Below are positions 1-13,199 of a DNA stretch of 64,000 nt, piece by piece. This DNA comes from the human T2T-CHM13v2.0 reference genome, Homo sapiens. Under the pieces are notes generated by a model that did no database searches, was not told where the DNA came from, and saw only the letters and a list, made by a program, of their open reading frames with translations. The DNA lies in NCBI RefSeq assembly GCF_009914755.1, contig NC_060925.1; one strand, given 5' to 3'. The position numbers and the translations under genes are program-made. Each line of letters starts with the position of its first letter. The first letter of the stretch is position 1.

Positions 1-329
1 TGAAAAGAGTTTACTGAGCAGAGTATGGGCAAGGACAAAGATGCATAGAGAAAGAACTCCTGAGATCTGCACAGAATTCCTCTAAGTATTTATTCAAATA
101 CTGATTATCTTATGCATATGAGGATATCATCTGAGCCCAGAGGGAAAAAAATGACTTAAAAGGAATACAAGGGACAGTGACTGAAGATCACTTAGCCAGG
201 TAAAGCTCCTGTTCCCAACAGTAAGAGCAGAAAACCTCATAATAAAATAGAGTGCTAACAGAGAGATATTCTCAGTAGCTAGGTAACATTAACCCTAGAC
301 TAAATAGTGCTGTACACCTACTGACAACA

Positions 330-981
330 TGTAGTGGGCAGGATCCTAAAATGGTCCCCAAGATTCTTGCCCCGTGATATACACACTCTATATAATCTTG
401 TCCCATTGAGTACGGGTATAATCTGTGGATACAATGGAATTTTATATTCAAATATAGGAGATATGTTCTATAGCAAAGGCGGAAGGATTGTGGAGGTGTA
501 ATTAAAGTTTCGAGTTAGTCTTTAAATTAATGAAAAGAAAGATTATTTGGGTTGGGCTTGATTTAATCAAGTGAAAGCCCTCAAAGCGGGGCCTGGGCCT
601 TTTTGGAAGAGAGTGACTTTACTGCTATTTTTTTGAAAAGGTAAGCTGCTGTGCTGTGAGACGGACACATGTCAAGGAATTGAAGAGGCCTCTAAGAGTT
701 AAAAGTGGAACCTGATTGACAGCCAGTCAAATTGAGACTGCAGTCCTACAACTTCAAGCAACTTAATTCTGCCAACAAGCATATGTGCATGTAAGAAGAC
801 CACGAGCTCCAGAAAATAATGCAGCCCATCCAAGAATGCAGTCTATCCAAGACTGAGACCTTGAAAAGAAGACCCACCTAAGTGCTGTGTCACCTAATCC
901 ACAGAAACTATGAGATAATAAATGTTTGTTAAGTCACTAACATCGTGATAATTTGCTCTGCAGCAATAGAAAACTCCTACA
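330..981 (+). mobile_element. MaLR solo LTR, MLT1E-like
   Basis: Starts tgtagtgggcaggatcctaaaatggtccccaagattc, ends cagcaatagaaaactcctaca (TG...CA, ~650 bp), matching recalled MLT1E termini. Confidence 0.8.
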
Positions 982-2536
982 CTAACTAAACCTAAAATTA
1001 AGACCCAGAAGAATTAAACAGTTCCTAAGTAACTTTGCTATGTCTGAGAATAAAGTTCAAAGATACTTATAAGCATACAAGTCCCAAAATCCAACAAGAT
1101 GAAGTTTACAATGTCTGACAACCAATGAAAATTACCAGTGATACACAAAACAAGAAAATGAAAAACCATGGTTAAAAAAAAGAGAGACACTGACACAGAA
1201 ATAACACAAATCATAGAATTAATACACAAATACATTAAAGCAGTTACTAAGGCTGTATTTCTTGTATTAGGAAAACTGGAAGAAGTAACATGGAAAATAT
1301 AAAAGAGATTTAAACCTAAATTCCAGAGGTAAGAAAAATAATGTGTGACTTGAAAAATACCCTACAAAAAATTGAAGCTACATTAAACATTTCTGGTGAC
1401 CTACAGGACAATTTCAAAGAGCCAAATATATGAGTTATAAAATTCCAAAAGAGAGATATCCAAAATAATAAAAATTGAAAAAATAATTGCCAACAGTATT
1501 TTTAAAATTTGATGAAAACTATAAAGCCATAGATCTAAGAAATTAAATGAATCTCAACTAGAAGAATTTTTTTCAAAAACCAACACCAAAACACATTATT
1601 GTAAAACTGCTTAATATCAGCAGTTAAATTGGGAAAACAAACAAAACAATCTACAAAGATCGAGAAGAAAAAGTTACCTTATATATGGAAAAACAAAGAT
1701 AAGAATGACAGAAGCAGATTTCTTGTCAGACAACACAAGTTAGAAGACAGTAGAGCAACATTTTTAAAGTGCTGAAAGGAAAAAGTAAACTAGCATTCCT
1801 ATGCATTTAAGCTCTCTTTCTAAAAACAAAAATGTAATAAAAGCTTTTTTACACAAACAAAAGCTTGAAATAATTATTAGCAAACTTGCACTACAATAAA
1901 TGTTGAGGGAAGTCCTTCTGTGTAAAGGAAAATAACAAACAGAAACTTATTTCTACATAAAGGTACAAAGAGTGTCAGAAATGGTAATGACATAATTAAA
2001 ACGGCATAAATCTAGAGCATTTTTCTTACTATTTAAATATCTGATGAAGATAATCTTTGACAGTAAAAACAATAATGTGTTATAGGGATTATAATATGCA
2101 GATGTAAAATGTATGATAACAATAACATAAATTCTAGGAGAGGAAAAATAAAGGATTTTTCAGATGGCCTTTATACTATATAATAAGTTGTATATTATCA
2201 TTTGAAAGTACATTATGATGAGTTACCCGTGAATCTTATAACCCCTAAAATAATAAACATGATAAGACAAGAAGTTATAACTAATACAACAAAATATGAA
2301 AAAATAATAGTACAAATTACTTAAATAATCCAAAGGTAGGAATAAAAATAGATTTAAAGAGGAATACAGATAAATGGGACAAATAGGACACAAATAGCAA
2401 GATGACAGACACAACTAAGGACCTATACTAATAATCATTAAGTGTTATCCGAAAAATATCTAAACATCCCAATTAAATGCAGAGTTTTTTTAACTGGCTA
2501 CAGAAACACACTGAACTATATGCTGGTTATAAGAGT

Positions 2537-2732
2537 TTTATATACATATATGCATATATGTATAATAAAGCATTATAAGTATTATAATATATAATGTTTA
2601 ATGATGTATTATGGGAATTATAATATGTAGAAGTAAAATGTATATATACACATATGTATATGTATGTGTGTATATACGTATATATATATATGTGTATGTG
2701 TATGTATGACTCATATATATGTTATATATATC
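2537..2732. repeat. Compound (TA)n/(TG)n low-complexity tract
   Basis: Runs of tatatacatatatg / tatgtgtgtatata seen directly. Confidence 0.85.
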
Positions 2733-4463
2733 AATATCACATAGAATAAAAGTAAAAAAGATGGAAAGAGGTATACTATACAGTAATCAAAAGAAATATA
2801 TATAGTCCAAATATGCTATACAGTAATCAAAAGTAATTATAACACTAACCAAAAGAAACATGGAGTAGTTATATCAACATCAGTGGAAACAGATTTCAAA
2901 ACAAAATATACTTCCAAATATGATGAAGGTTATTTTATCATGACAAAGTGGTCAATTCAGCAAGAGAAAATAAACAATTCTAACTTCTAAATTCTAATTT
3001 ATCAACCTAACAGGGTTTCAAATGCAAGAAGCAAATAGTGATAGAATTGCAACAAACCAATACAAACTATAGACAGAGAAATAGGCAAATCCAAAATTAT
3101 AGTCAGAGAGTATAATAACTCCTCTCAAGACTTTATAAAACACAAATAATCAGTAGTGATATAGTAGACATTGGCAACAGTAGTAGCCAACTTGATCTAG
3201 TTCACATTTATAGAATACTCCAACCAATAATAGCAGAATACAAATATGTTTTCTACGATACAGTACATTTTAACCAAGATACACCATATTTTCAGCCATA
3301 TAATATCTCAAAAAATTAAAATGACTCAGATCATACAAAGTATATTCTCTGACCATAATGGAATTATATTGCTGATATATAATATAAAAATTTTTGGAAA
3401 ATTCCCAAATATTTGAGAATATAATAACATACTTCTCAACCCATCCATCAAATAAGAAAAAAAGTGAATAATGAAAGCATTTTGAGCATAAGGAAAATTA
3501 AGGCACAACATATCAATATTTGCAGGATGTGGCTAAAGCAGTATTTAAAGGGAAATTAATAACCCTAAGGTAACTACATTAAAAAATAAGAAAAGACTCA
3601 AATCTATTACCTCAGTTCCACCTTGATGTACTTGAAAAAGCAGAGCAAATAAAATACAAAATAAGCAGAAAAAAGAAAATTATAAAGATCAAAATGGGAT
3701 ATCAAAGAAATAGAACACAGGAAAACAATATGAGTTATTCAATCAAACCAAAAACAGGCTGTTTGAGTTTAATAAAAACCAATAACCATCTAAATTGGCT
3801 AAACAAGAAAAAAGATAGAGAAGACACAACTTGCCAATATCAGGAGTGAAACAGGTATCATCAAAGATTCCACAGATATTTAAATAATAAAGGAATATTA
3901 TGAACAATTTTATTCCAATAAATTCAGCAATTTAAATATAATGAACAAACTCCTTAGGAAACTTCTGAAGCTCACTCAAGAAGATAGAAATAAACTAGAC
4001 AGCCTTAAAGCTATTAAAGAAATTGAATATGTAGTTTAAAATACCTCCACAAGGAAAACACTACTGAGAGAGATTTAAAATCTAAATAAATGGAGAAATA
4101 TCTCATGCTCATGGATCAAAAGAATGAATATTCTTATGATGTCAGTTCTCCCCAAATTGGTCTATAATTCTTTGACATCTCTATAAAACACTCAGGAGGC
4201 CTTTATTTTAAATATTCACAAACTGTTTCTCATGGAATACATACAGAAATGCAAAGGACTGAGAAGAGCCAAACAACTTTGCAAAAGAAAAAAAAAAGTT
4301 ATAGAATTTACACTTTCTGTCTTAAAGAACCCTCATAAAGGTGCAGGAATCACCTGCAGTATCAATGTCAACTTACATCAGTGAAACAAGTAAAGATTAA
4401 ATAAGTATGTCCATACACATATATATGTTCAAAGGATTTTCAAAAAAGCTGCAAAGCCCGTTC

Positions 4464-4685
4464 CAGGAGTCAGCAAACCTTTTGTAACAATCCAGGTAGT
4501 AAATATATTAGACTTTTCTATCTATATAGTCTTTGCCACAACTACTCAAATCTGCTGTTGCAGCACATGGGTGGCCATAAAAAATACCTATACGAATGAG
4601 AGGGACTATATTACAATAAAACTTTATTTATAAAAACAGGTGCCAGAACGGATTAGACTGGCAGGAGACAGTTTGTCAACCCCTG
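4464..4685 (-). mobile_element. MER58A (hAT-Charlie MITE)
   Basis: 222 bp; TIRs caggagtcagcaaac ... gtttgtcaacccctg; internal caataaaactttatttataaaaacagg. Confidence 0.85.
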
Positions 4686-5369
4686 AGACAGTCGATAAAG
4701 AAGAGACAAGTTTTTCCATTAATAGTACTAGAAAAAAATTGTATATCCGTTTGCAAAAAACTAAAATATAATTCATACATCACATTATATGCAAAAAGTA
4801 TCTCAAAATGGATTAAAAAATTAGATGTAAAACTAAAAAGTATAAATTTCTAAAAGAAAACATAAGGAAAAACATTTGTGATCTTGTTTTAAGCAAATAT
4901 CTCTGATAGGTAAGACACTAAAATTAAATCCGTAACACAAAAATACAATTGTACTTCAAAAAATTTATGAACTTTTGTCCTTCAAACAGCCTCTTAAAAG
5001 AATGGAAGTCAAACACAGATTAGGAAAAAATATTTGTGAATCACCTCTATGGCAGAATACTGTATGCAGAATATGTGTAGAATGCTCAAATCTCAACAAT
5101 AGTATTAACCCAATTTAAAAAATAATCAAGATTTGAGTGTAGACTTCACCAGAGAAATCATGTAGTTGACAAGTAAGTACTGAATGATGCTCAACATGAT
5201 TCGCTATTAGAGAAACAAAAATTAAAACCACAAATAGAAAATACTAAACACATATTAACATGTCTAAAAACAAACAAGCAAAAACCATATATACCAACTG
5301 TTGGAGAGGTTATAAAATAATGTAAACTCTCATACGCCACTGATAGAAATGTAATGATGATTATTTTGG

Positions 5370-5686
5370 GACCGGTTGCAATGACTTACGCCTGTAATTC
5401 CAGCACTTTGGGAGGTCAAGGCGGGTGGATTGCTTGAGCCCAGGAGTTGAAGACCAGCCTGGGCAACATGGTGAAACCCCATCTCTACAGAAAGTACAAA
5501 AATTAGCCAGGCATGGTAGTGCGTGCCTGTAGTCCCAGCTACTCGGGAGACTGAGGCAGGAAAATCATCTAAGTCCAGAAAGTCAAGGCTGCAGTAAGAC
5601 AATATGGTGCCACTGCAGTCCAGCAGCCTGGGCAGCAGTGTGCGAACCATGTCTCAAAACAACAACAACAACAACAAACGAAAAAC
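5370..5686 (+). mobile_element. AluJ (probably AluJb) with (AAC)n tail
   Basis: Dimeric Alu; J-type ggattgcttgagcccaggagtt, gaccagcctgggcaac, aggctgcagt. Confidence 0.92.
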
Positions 5687-6519
5687 ACTGCGTAAAAGTA
5701 TTTGGAATAATCTACAGTGACAGAAACCAGACAGATCATCGACTTCCTGTGAATGCAGAAGGAGGTGAGAAGGATGAAAGGGGGCAATTACGAGGAATCA
5801 CATAGCAAATTTGGAAATAATGATGTTCTTAATTTTGATTATTGTGATGCATTCACTCATGCATAATATACCAAAAGTTAACTGACTGTGCAGTTTAAAC
5901 AAGTTCAGTCTATTTTATGTCAGTTACACTGATAAAGCTATTAATTAAGAAAACATTAAAATTTTCAAAACAGGTTTTATATTATACTTTAATTTGGAGT
6001 AATACCAAGAGGAATGCCTAAGCAGCTCAATTTTTGTTGTTATTTATGTTACATGCATTTGTAAAATGGGAAACATCTTGCTTTAATCAATTATGTCTCT
6101 AGTCTGCTTGAACTCACAGTGATAATTTTAGGCTTAGGCTGGGGAATGTTACTTTAAATAAATTTTCAAGCCATTCTACTGCCTCTATGGTAAGAAAACA
6201 TTACACATGTAATAATAATTATATTATTTTTAAGCAGTACTTTGTTAATATTTGCAGACTAGTGCAACTTTTAGATAGAGCAAGGACTACTGAAACAAAT
6301 GTGAGTATGTAATTATATATACCTGGACTACTGTTAACAGTGTTTTCATTTTTTTTTTTTTACCGATGTATTCTACATAATGTAGACATTGATACAGGAG
6401 CAAAAAGAACATCATCTAGAACTGACATTGCAAAGAAGGTTTCAAACCTGAAAACATAATTGTTAAAAGGAAATATGTCACAAATGCATAATATTAAACT
6501 GCCAAAATAAAAACAACCA

Positions 6520-7285
6520 CCATTGCAGCAATTTCTTACAAAACTAAGCATGTACTTATCATATGACCCATAAGTTACACTCTTTGACATTTACTCTACA
6601 TGATTAAAAACTTCTATTTAAACAAACATCTCTACACAAATGTTCATAGCAGCTTAATTGTAGTAGCAGAATCCTGGAAACAACCAACACATCCTTCAAT
6701 GGATGCATGGTTGAACAAAGCCTGGGATACTCACACAATGGAATGCTACATAGCAATACAAAGGAATGCATTGCTGATGCATGCAATAGCTTGAGTGAAC
6801 TCAAGAACATTAAGTTTAGTGAAAAAAAGTCAATCTTGCAAGTTTATGCACTGATGATTCCATTTATATAATGTTCTTGAAATGAAAAAAACTGTAGAGA
6901 TGAAGAACAAATTACTGGTTGCTAGAAGACAGGGACAGGGGCTGGGGGATGGGTGCAAATACAAAGATATACCTCTGGGAATTGTTCTGTGGAGATGAAC
7001 AGTTCTACATCTTGATTGCAATGATGGTTCTACAAATTTATACATGGAATAAAACTGCACAGACCTGCATACACACATACAAGTGGATGAATGTAAATGC
7101 CTTTTTAAAGGTGAAAACTAAATTAGGTTCACTGTTCAGTCAACAGTAATGTACCAAAGTCAATTTCCTAGTTTTGTTGTATTATACCTACATAAGGTAT
7201 CACCACTGAAAGAAGTTGGGTATACATGAGACTATTCTTATTTTTAAAACTTCCTGTGAATCTCTAATCAAATTAAAAAATTCTT
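6520..7285 (+). mobile_element. L1MD/L1MC-type 3' end fragment
   Basis: ORF2 C-terminus/3' UTR phrases caaatgttcatagcagc, atgattccatttatata, gtcaatttcctagttttg, aacttcctgtgaatct. Confidence 0.75.
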
Positions 7286-7879
7286 TAAATATTGCATGGG
7301 ATATTTAATTGTAGATCTTCTTGATTTCCATCTTTTATTTTACATTTTTTAAACATAATGGTTGAAACCATGCTATTATAATATGCTTTGCTGATGTTGG
7401 TTTTTGATTTATGGAAGGTAGTGCATATTTTTGGTGTGGAGTAATTGACTACTGCTACATCTGCAGAAACTAAATTGTTCCCAGAAATAATGTTCCCAAT
7501 CCAGCAAATATTACTTAGATTATGTCTACTAACTGCCAAATTATAATTTAAAATCTAATCACACTGGTTTATTATCTTTCAATACTTAGCTTGAGGACAA
7601 CTTTCTGTATAAAAACTGTCATCCTCACCAGAATCCCACCTCAAATGCCACAGGCAATCTATCAGATTGCTGATGTAAAAATGAGTATTCCTTCTTTCAT
7701 GGCTCTATGATGCCTTATATATTCCTCAATCGTGGTATGTTATCTAAAGTTATTTGATAGACATCCCTTGCTATCGAGATACCGCATTATTATTTTTTGA
7801 CTTATTTGCCTATTCCTCGGACTCTTCCTGATTTCTTAATAAGGGAATCTTCCATAACTTTGATTCATCTGTGTTCCAA

Positions 7880-8150
7880 TCCTCTTCCCATTAATAAACT
7901 GATATTATGTGCCCAATCTAAAATACTTGGAGTTATTTTAGATCTCTCTCTCTCTAGATCATACATATTTAGACAATCAATGAATCTTTTGTTTCTCTCT
8001 CTTAAATATTTTTTACTCTAATATTTACTCAGATGGTTCAGTTTGTCCTCATCCATTGTTATCAGAATTTGATAGTCTGTCTCCAGTCTTGCCCTCTCTT
8101 ACCCACCATTTACACCATCTTTCTGATTTGTAAAAATAGTCATGTCACTT
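7880..8150 (+). mobile_element. L2 remnant
   Basis: aaaatacttggagttattttagatctctctc resembles the L2 core phrase; very diverged. Confidence 0.45.
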
Positions 8151-8847
8151 GTTTTCTCTGCTTGTTTGTTTGTTTTCTGCTTTTTCATCCCCAAGGCTAT
8201 TTCTTTGGTTCTGAATTTTCACTCAGGTTGTATACCTGTATCACCAACTTAAGGAGAAGCCCCTCATCAGAATGAGAATACAACTGAGGCTTCCTAAATG
8301 TCATAAGAGAAATTCAGCTTTTCTACCTGAATGTTTAGAACCTAAAACATATGGATAACTTTAATCAATAGCTCAGAATACCATAACTCTAAGCTATAGT
8401 GAAACCATGTGCAACTCAATTGAATGACCCAGCACTAGCTAACAGCTCAGCTGAGAATCTAATAGCTGAGAGAAAGAAGCATGTTCTGTAAACTCTATCC
8501 CAGTGTTAAGTTAAATCCCACATGCAATGTACTTGGTGTACATTGGCTTAACTTCTCTGCAGAAATACCATCACTGAATTACGATGTTATGTTATGGACG
8601 CAGATTTTCTTTTAATAGGGAAGCAATTTATATTATATTCATAGAGGGTAAGATATTAAAATTAATATTATTAATTAAATGTTTTCTTATTATTCAAAGT
8701 ATGATAGCTGAAAAAGGCATGCATTGCTCAACTTGGATAATGGTCAAAAGGTCAATTCATCTCCAAGTAGAGCCCTGGAGAAATAATGTTATAAGGCAAA
8801 ATTGTTTTAACCCAAAGCATATTTTAGAATAAAATAATTCTCTAAGG

Positions 8848-9163
8848 CAGAAAATTAAAAGTATATTTAGAAATAAACTAAGACTAAATTTGACATTTAT
8901 TTTCTCGATATAAAAATCCTGAAATAAAAAGAGTGTAAGTTTGTTCTTTGTTTTCGTAATCTAGGGCTATTTTTGGAAACAATATGAGGAGGAGTATTTC
9001 AAAATAATAGTCATTTTGAATTATTAATAGGAAGGTGCATTATTGTGTAACCTTAATATTACTGCATTGGTCAATTTATCAAATTACATTGCTGTGTTTT
9101 GTCAAAAAAGAAAAGGTTATATATGAACTATGAATATTTCAGGTAGTAGGTACTCAAATCATG
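8848..9163 (+). repeat. Left arm of 316-bp inverted repeat
   Basis: Reverse complement of 11398-11713; hand alignment gives 310/316 identity, no gaps. Confidence 0.98.
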
Positions 9164-11397
9164 AGTTTTATTCATTTCTTAATAAGTAAAGGAAACATAT
9201 CCCAGCTGTAATTGTCTATCCTCCTAAACAGTTAATTGATTCAGGTGTCTGTGATCCTTTTAAAACAATTTTTAATTGATACTCTTCTACCTAAAGTATG
9301 TTTAAGTATCTTGTAAGAATCAGTTCCTTTTTTATTTTATTTTATTATTTTTCTTTTGAAGAATAGGTGTTATAAATTTTAAGAATAATACCACATCTGT
9401 AAAATCAATATTTGGCTCTGCTACTGTCATAAACTTAAAACTTCCAAAACTAAAATAATTATCTTAATTGAAAAATAACTCATTTACCCAGCTTCCCTTT
9501 TTCATTAATAGTTTCATTTGTTTTTTTTTTTTAAGAATCTAGGATCATCCCTTTTGCTTTCAGTATCCAACCAAACATCATCCTTTACTATTGACACCAT
9601 GAAATGTTTGCTATGTATTCCCTCTCAAGTTAACATCCACCACTCTGTCCAGGTTTAATTATTTGTGGATTTCTGCTAAAATCTCCCACCAAATCTCTAT
9701 GCCTTTAGGGATGTACTTTATTTCAAGTTCATTGTACTGCTGTTGCCATAGTCCCTACCCTAAAATTTTGCTTTAATCATATACTGTTTCCAGAATTTTC
9801 CCAGCAAAGTCCATACTAGCTATTGAACTTAGTTTTTCAACCATTTTCTAACAATAGCTTTACTTTAGCCAGATCAGTTGTTGCCAAAATAGGACATTTT
9901 CCTTTCAATTTCAGAAATATATGTCTTGGGTAGTTTCTTATGCTATTTTAATTCAATGAGACTTTTTTAGAAAAGAAGATGTTTATGAAAAAGCAAGGTT
10001 CAAGGGTGGGGAGAAGATAATGGAAGAAATGATGAGTGTGTTATAAGGATGTCACTTGCGTACTTTATTTAGTAAACAGTTTCATGGTCCCATTTCTTTT
10101 GGGGACAGAAAATACATTTGATTATTAATATATCTCTTGTAGTAAATGATTGCCTTAAAATGTGAAATTCCATATCCTATTTCCTAATTTTTACTATATT
10201 TCCCATACTTTTCCCAACAGCAAGTCTTATTTTATTCTCACATGTCTTTTCCCCAGCCAAATCCATCTATAAGTCTCAGAGGAATTGCTATACCCAATAT
10301 TTCAGAGTTGAAATTAGCTTTTTCCTGTCAATTTCTACAGAATTCTATTAAAAACTTGATAAAATAATATTTTATTTATGAAATAAAAACATGATATTTT
10401 ATTTTAATTCCTTCATGTTTATATTTAAAAGTGACATATCTTGAAGATAAAATATATGATGGATAAATATTTGTAACTCTTACAGTTTGACATAGTGCTG
10501 TGCACATTAAGATTCACTAAATATAAGGTGGATGATGAGTGAATAAATTATTGTACTAATACAATAGCCTCTAAGTTTTGATATTTTGTTAGTTTCATAC
10601 CTAAGTCTTTATATAATCAAAATACTGTCTATTAGAATGATCTATTGCTCTAATTTATTTTAAATGTACTGCATAGGATTTGTTTTAATGGTACACCAGC
10701 TACTTGGTAAATATACATTTTCCTGGTAAAGACAAGGGAATGAAACCACAACAAGATTAAAAATGTGTCCAAAATCATAGAGTTATTAGGTATTGTAGCT
10801 GAGATTCCCCAGCAATGGAACTTGTTCCACTGCATTAGTTTGCTCTTCTTGTGCAAAATATGTACTCATTACTACCACAGAAATCATTTTAAAACATAGA
10901 ATATAAACACTACTGGGGTATACATAAAAGTTTTTGGATTAAGCAAAGAAATTTCCATTTGAGTAACTATACAAACACTATATAGTATAAATTTGACATA
11001 CATATTCATAAAATATATATGTAAAATGTAAATGCTGATTTAATTAGTTTTTATACTGCTTTTTTCAGTAAATTTTTATTCAGTAATCACACCATCCAAA
11101 TGATACTGTGTGACATGTACTTCTATTTTTTTACAATTCAAAAATCTGTGCCCAATGCAAAATTGTCTTGCAGCACAAAAGTATGGAAATCCAATATTTT
11201 ATATGCATGATGCACAAACAGCCATAGTAATTAAAACAATTGGCAAAGATAATACCAGGGTCAGATAACAGAAGGAAAATGAATCATGACTGACTTCATG
11301 ATTATTTTATAAAATACATTATTAAATAATTGAGATGTTTATAGCCATCCATATTATTTTTAAGTTATTTTTATTAATTCATACAATTTTCAACAAA

Positions 11398-11713
11398 CAT
11401 GATTTGAGTACCTACTACCTGAAATATTCATAGTTCATATATAACCTTTCCTTTTTTGACAAAACACAGGAATGTAATTTGATAAATTGACCAATGCAGT
11501 AATATTAAGGTTACACAATAATGCACCTTCCTATTAATAATTCAAAATGACTATTATTTTGAAATACTCCTCCTCATGTTGTTTCCAGAAATAGCCCTAG
11601 ATTACGAAAACAAACAACAAACTTACACTCTTTTTATTTCAGGATTTTTATATCAAGAAAATAAATGTCAAATTTAGTCTTAGTTTATTTCTAAATATAC
11701 TTTTAATTTTCTG
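11398..11713 (-). repeat. Right arm of 316-bp inverted repeat
   Basis: Position p in left arm pairs with 20561-p; mismatches only at left-arm 8906, 8946, 8973, 8983, 9091, 9111. Confidence 0.98.
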
Positions 11714-11869
11714 TCATAGTTCTGAGAAATCCAGATATTTTTACTCATAATCTATTGTAAGGTCTTTCATTCTCCATAATCATGCTCAGAGTGAATACCC
11801 TCTCAATTGTTAGTTGACAGGGAAGGAAAACAGAACTTGGGCATTAACATTGGCCAAACTGAGCTCCAA

Positions 11870-12130
11870 CTCCATTTCTTCAACTCAATGGCTGTAGGAC
11901 CTTGGGCAAGTTAATTGCTCTCAGCTGGGCTTCAATGTCCTTATCTGTAAAGTATAAATATTTATGTACAGAGCTGTTACTATATATCTGAATAATTTAC
12001 GTGTATATAAATGTATGAAAATCATAGATAATAAGAGTATTTCATACAGTTGTTGCAAGGAGTGCATGAAAAAAGCATGTAAGGAAGTTAACAGAGTTCC
12101 AGGAACAGTAGAATTTAAACAATTGCAGCT
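11870..12130 (+). mobile_element. MIR (with AT-rich internal insertion)
   Basis: Core gctgtaggaccttgggcaagttaatt...ccttatctgtaaa, then 3' part gttgttgcaagg...catgtaaggaagttaacagagt. Confidence 0.75.
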
Positions 12131-13199
12131 CTTATTGTCCCTTATTTTCACTTCCTCCTTATTTGACAACTTATATTTTGCTTCCTGTTTCATGTAATTT
12201 CTTCATCATTAACAGTACACATTATGCTGTACTTGGTAAGAAGTCAGAAGTTGATATTGCTTTCTATTCTTTTCATGTTTATGCATTAATTATGAACTTT
12301 GACTCTTTTAAAATATTTAAAAATAAAGTTGTTAATTTCACAAATACAGTCTCTCAGAAATATATCCAGTATTGGATCATGGTGTGTTATATTGTGTTTT
12401 TAAAATATAAGTTATTAATTATGTACTAGAAGGAGATGAATAAATTTGCCATTTTAAGAAATTAAGATGTTGACATTTTCAATCATTACTGTAAATATAG
12501 AATTGGGTTAGATCAATTAGGAAAACAATTTATCACATAAAATAAATTGCTTCTCAATGTGACCTATAGAATTTGAGGAAAATATGCCTAAAAGAGTAAT
12601 AAGAGTCATTTCTATTTTTTCAGACCCATACAATTCTAAAAGTAAACACAAAAAAAACACAAGTTTTTTTAATAATCAAACAATAATCGTTAAAGATTAA
12701 AGGCTTAATAAAAGAGAGGACTATTTTACTGAACTTATATGAGTTTTCTTATATACATTTAATAAAAGAAAGGAAATTAGTCGTTTTTATTTTCAGACTT
12801 TAAATAACATTTTCTCACTTTGATCTAAATGTGTTCCGAGGAATATCTTTTTAAATTCATATTTCAAAGGGATGTTTTCTAGCCAGTTGGTGCCAGCATT
12901 ATAAAAAATCATTACAGCCAGTGCCTTTAGAGAAATGAGTGGCTGCCTTTTCATTCATTAAGCTGAAAAAAAATCCTACAAAAAATTATATGCATTAAAG
13001 CTGCATAAATGATAATACGGTAATCCTAGCTCTAATTCTGACATGAGCTGTTAAGAAGAAACCATATGTTATGTTCATAAATGTATTAAATACACACAAA
13101 TGAGTCTCACTTATGTAAGATTTCTAAATTATAATTTTTAGATTATGAATAGAGTGCTGATCAGAATCTAAAAAATGAAATTCCAGCAATATGCATATT

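Larger units (their letters stand above)
1..5945 (+). mobile_element. Ancient, heavily decayed L1 (L1M-type: 5' region, ORF1/ORF2 remnants, 3' UTR) interrupted by MLT1E, MER58A and AluJ
   Basis: A-rich sense strand with recognisable ORF2 phrases (e.g. ctctgaccataatggaatta ~3347, ctaaataaatggagaaatatctcatgctcatggatc ~4082) and an L1MD/ME-like 3' end near 5880-5945. No intact ORF. May be more than one element. Confidence 0.7.

Noticed and set aside
5330-5787. Alu-derived ORFs (also 31752-32114, 35719-36000, 37307-37637)
   Set aside because: Typical antisense-Alu translations.
8848-11713. Inverted repeat as TIRs of a DNA transposon
   Set aside because: No TSD, no transposase ORF in the spacer, and 98% arm identity is out of line with the diverged DNA transposons seen here.
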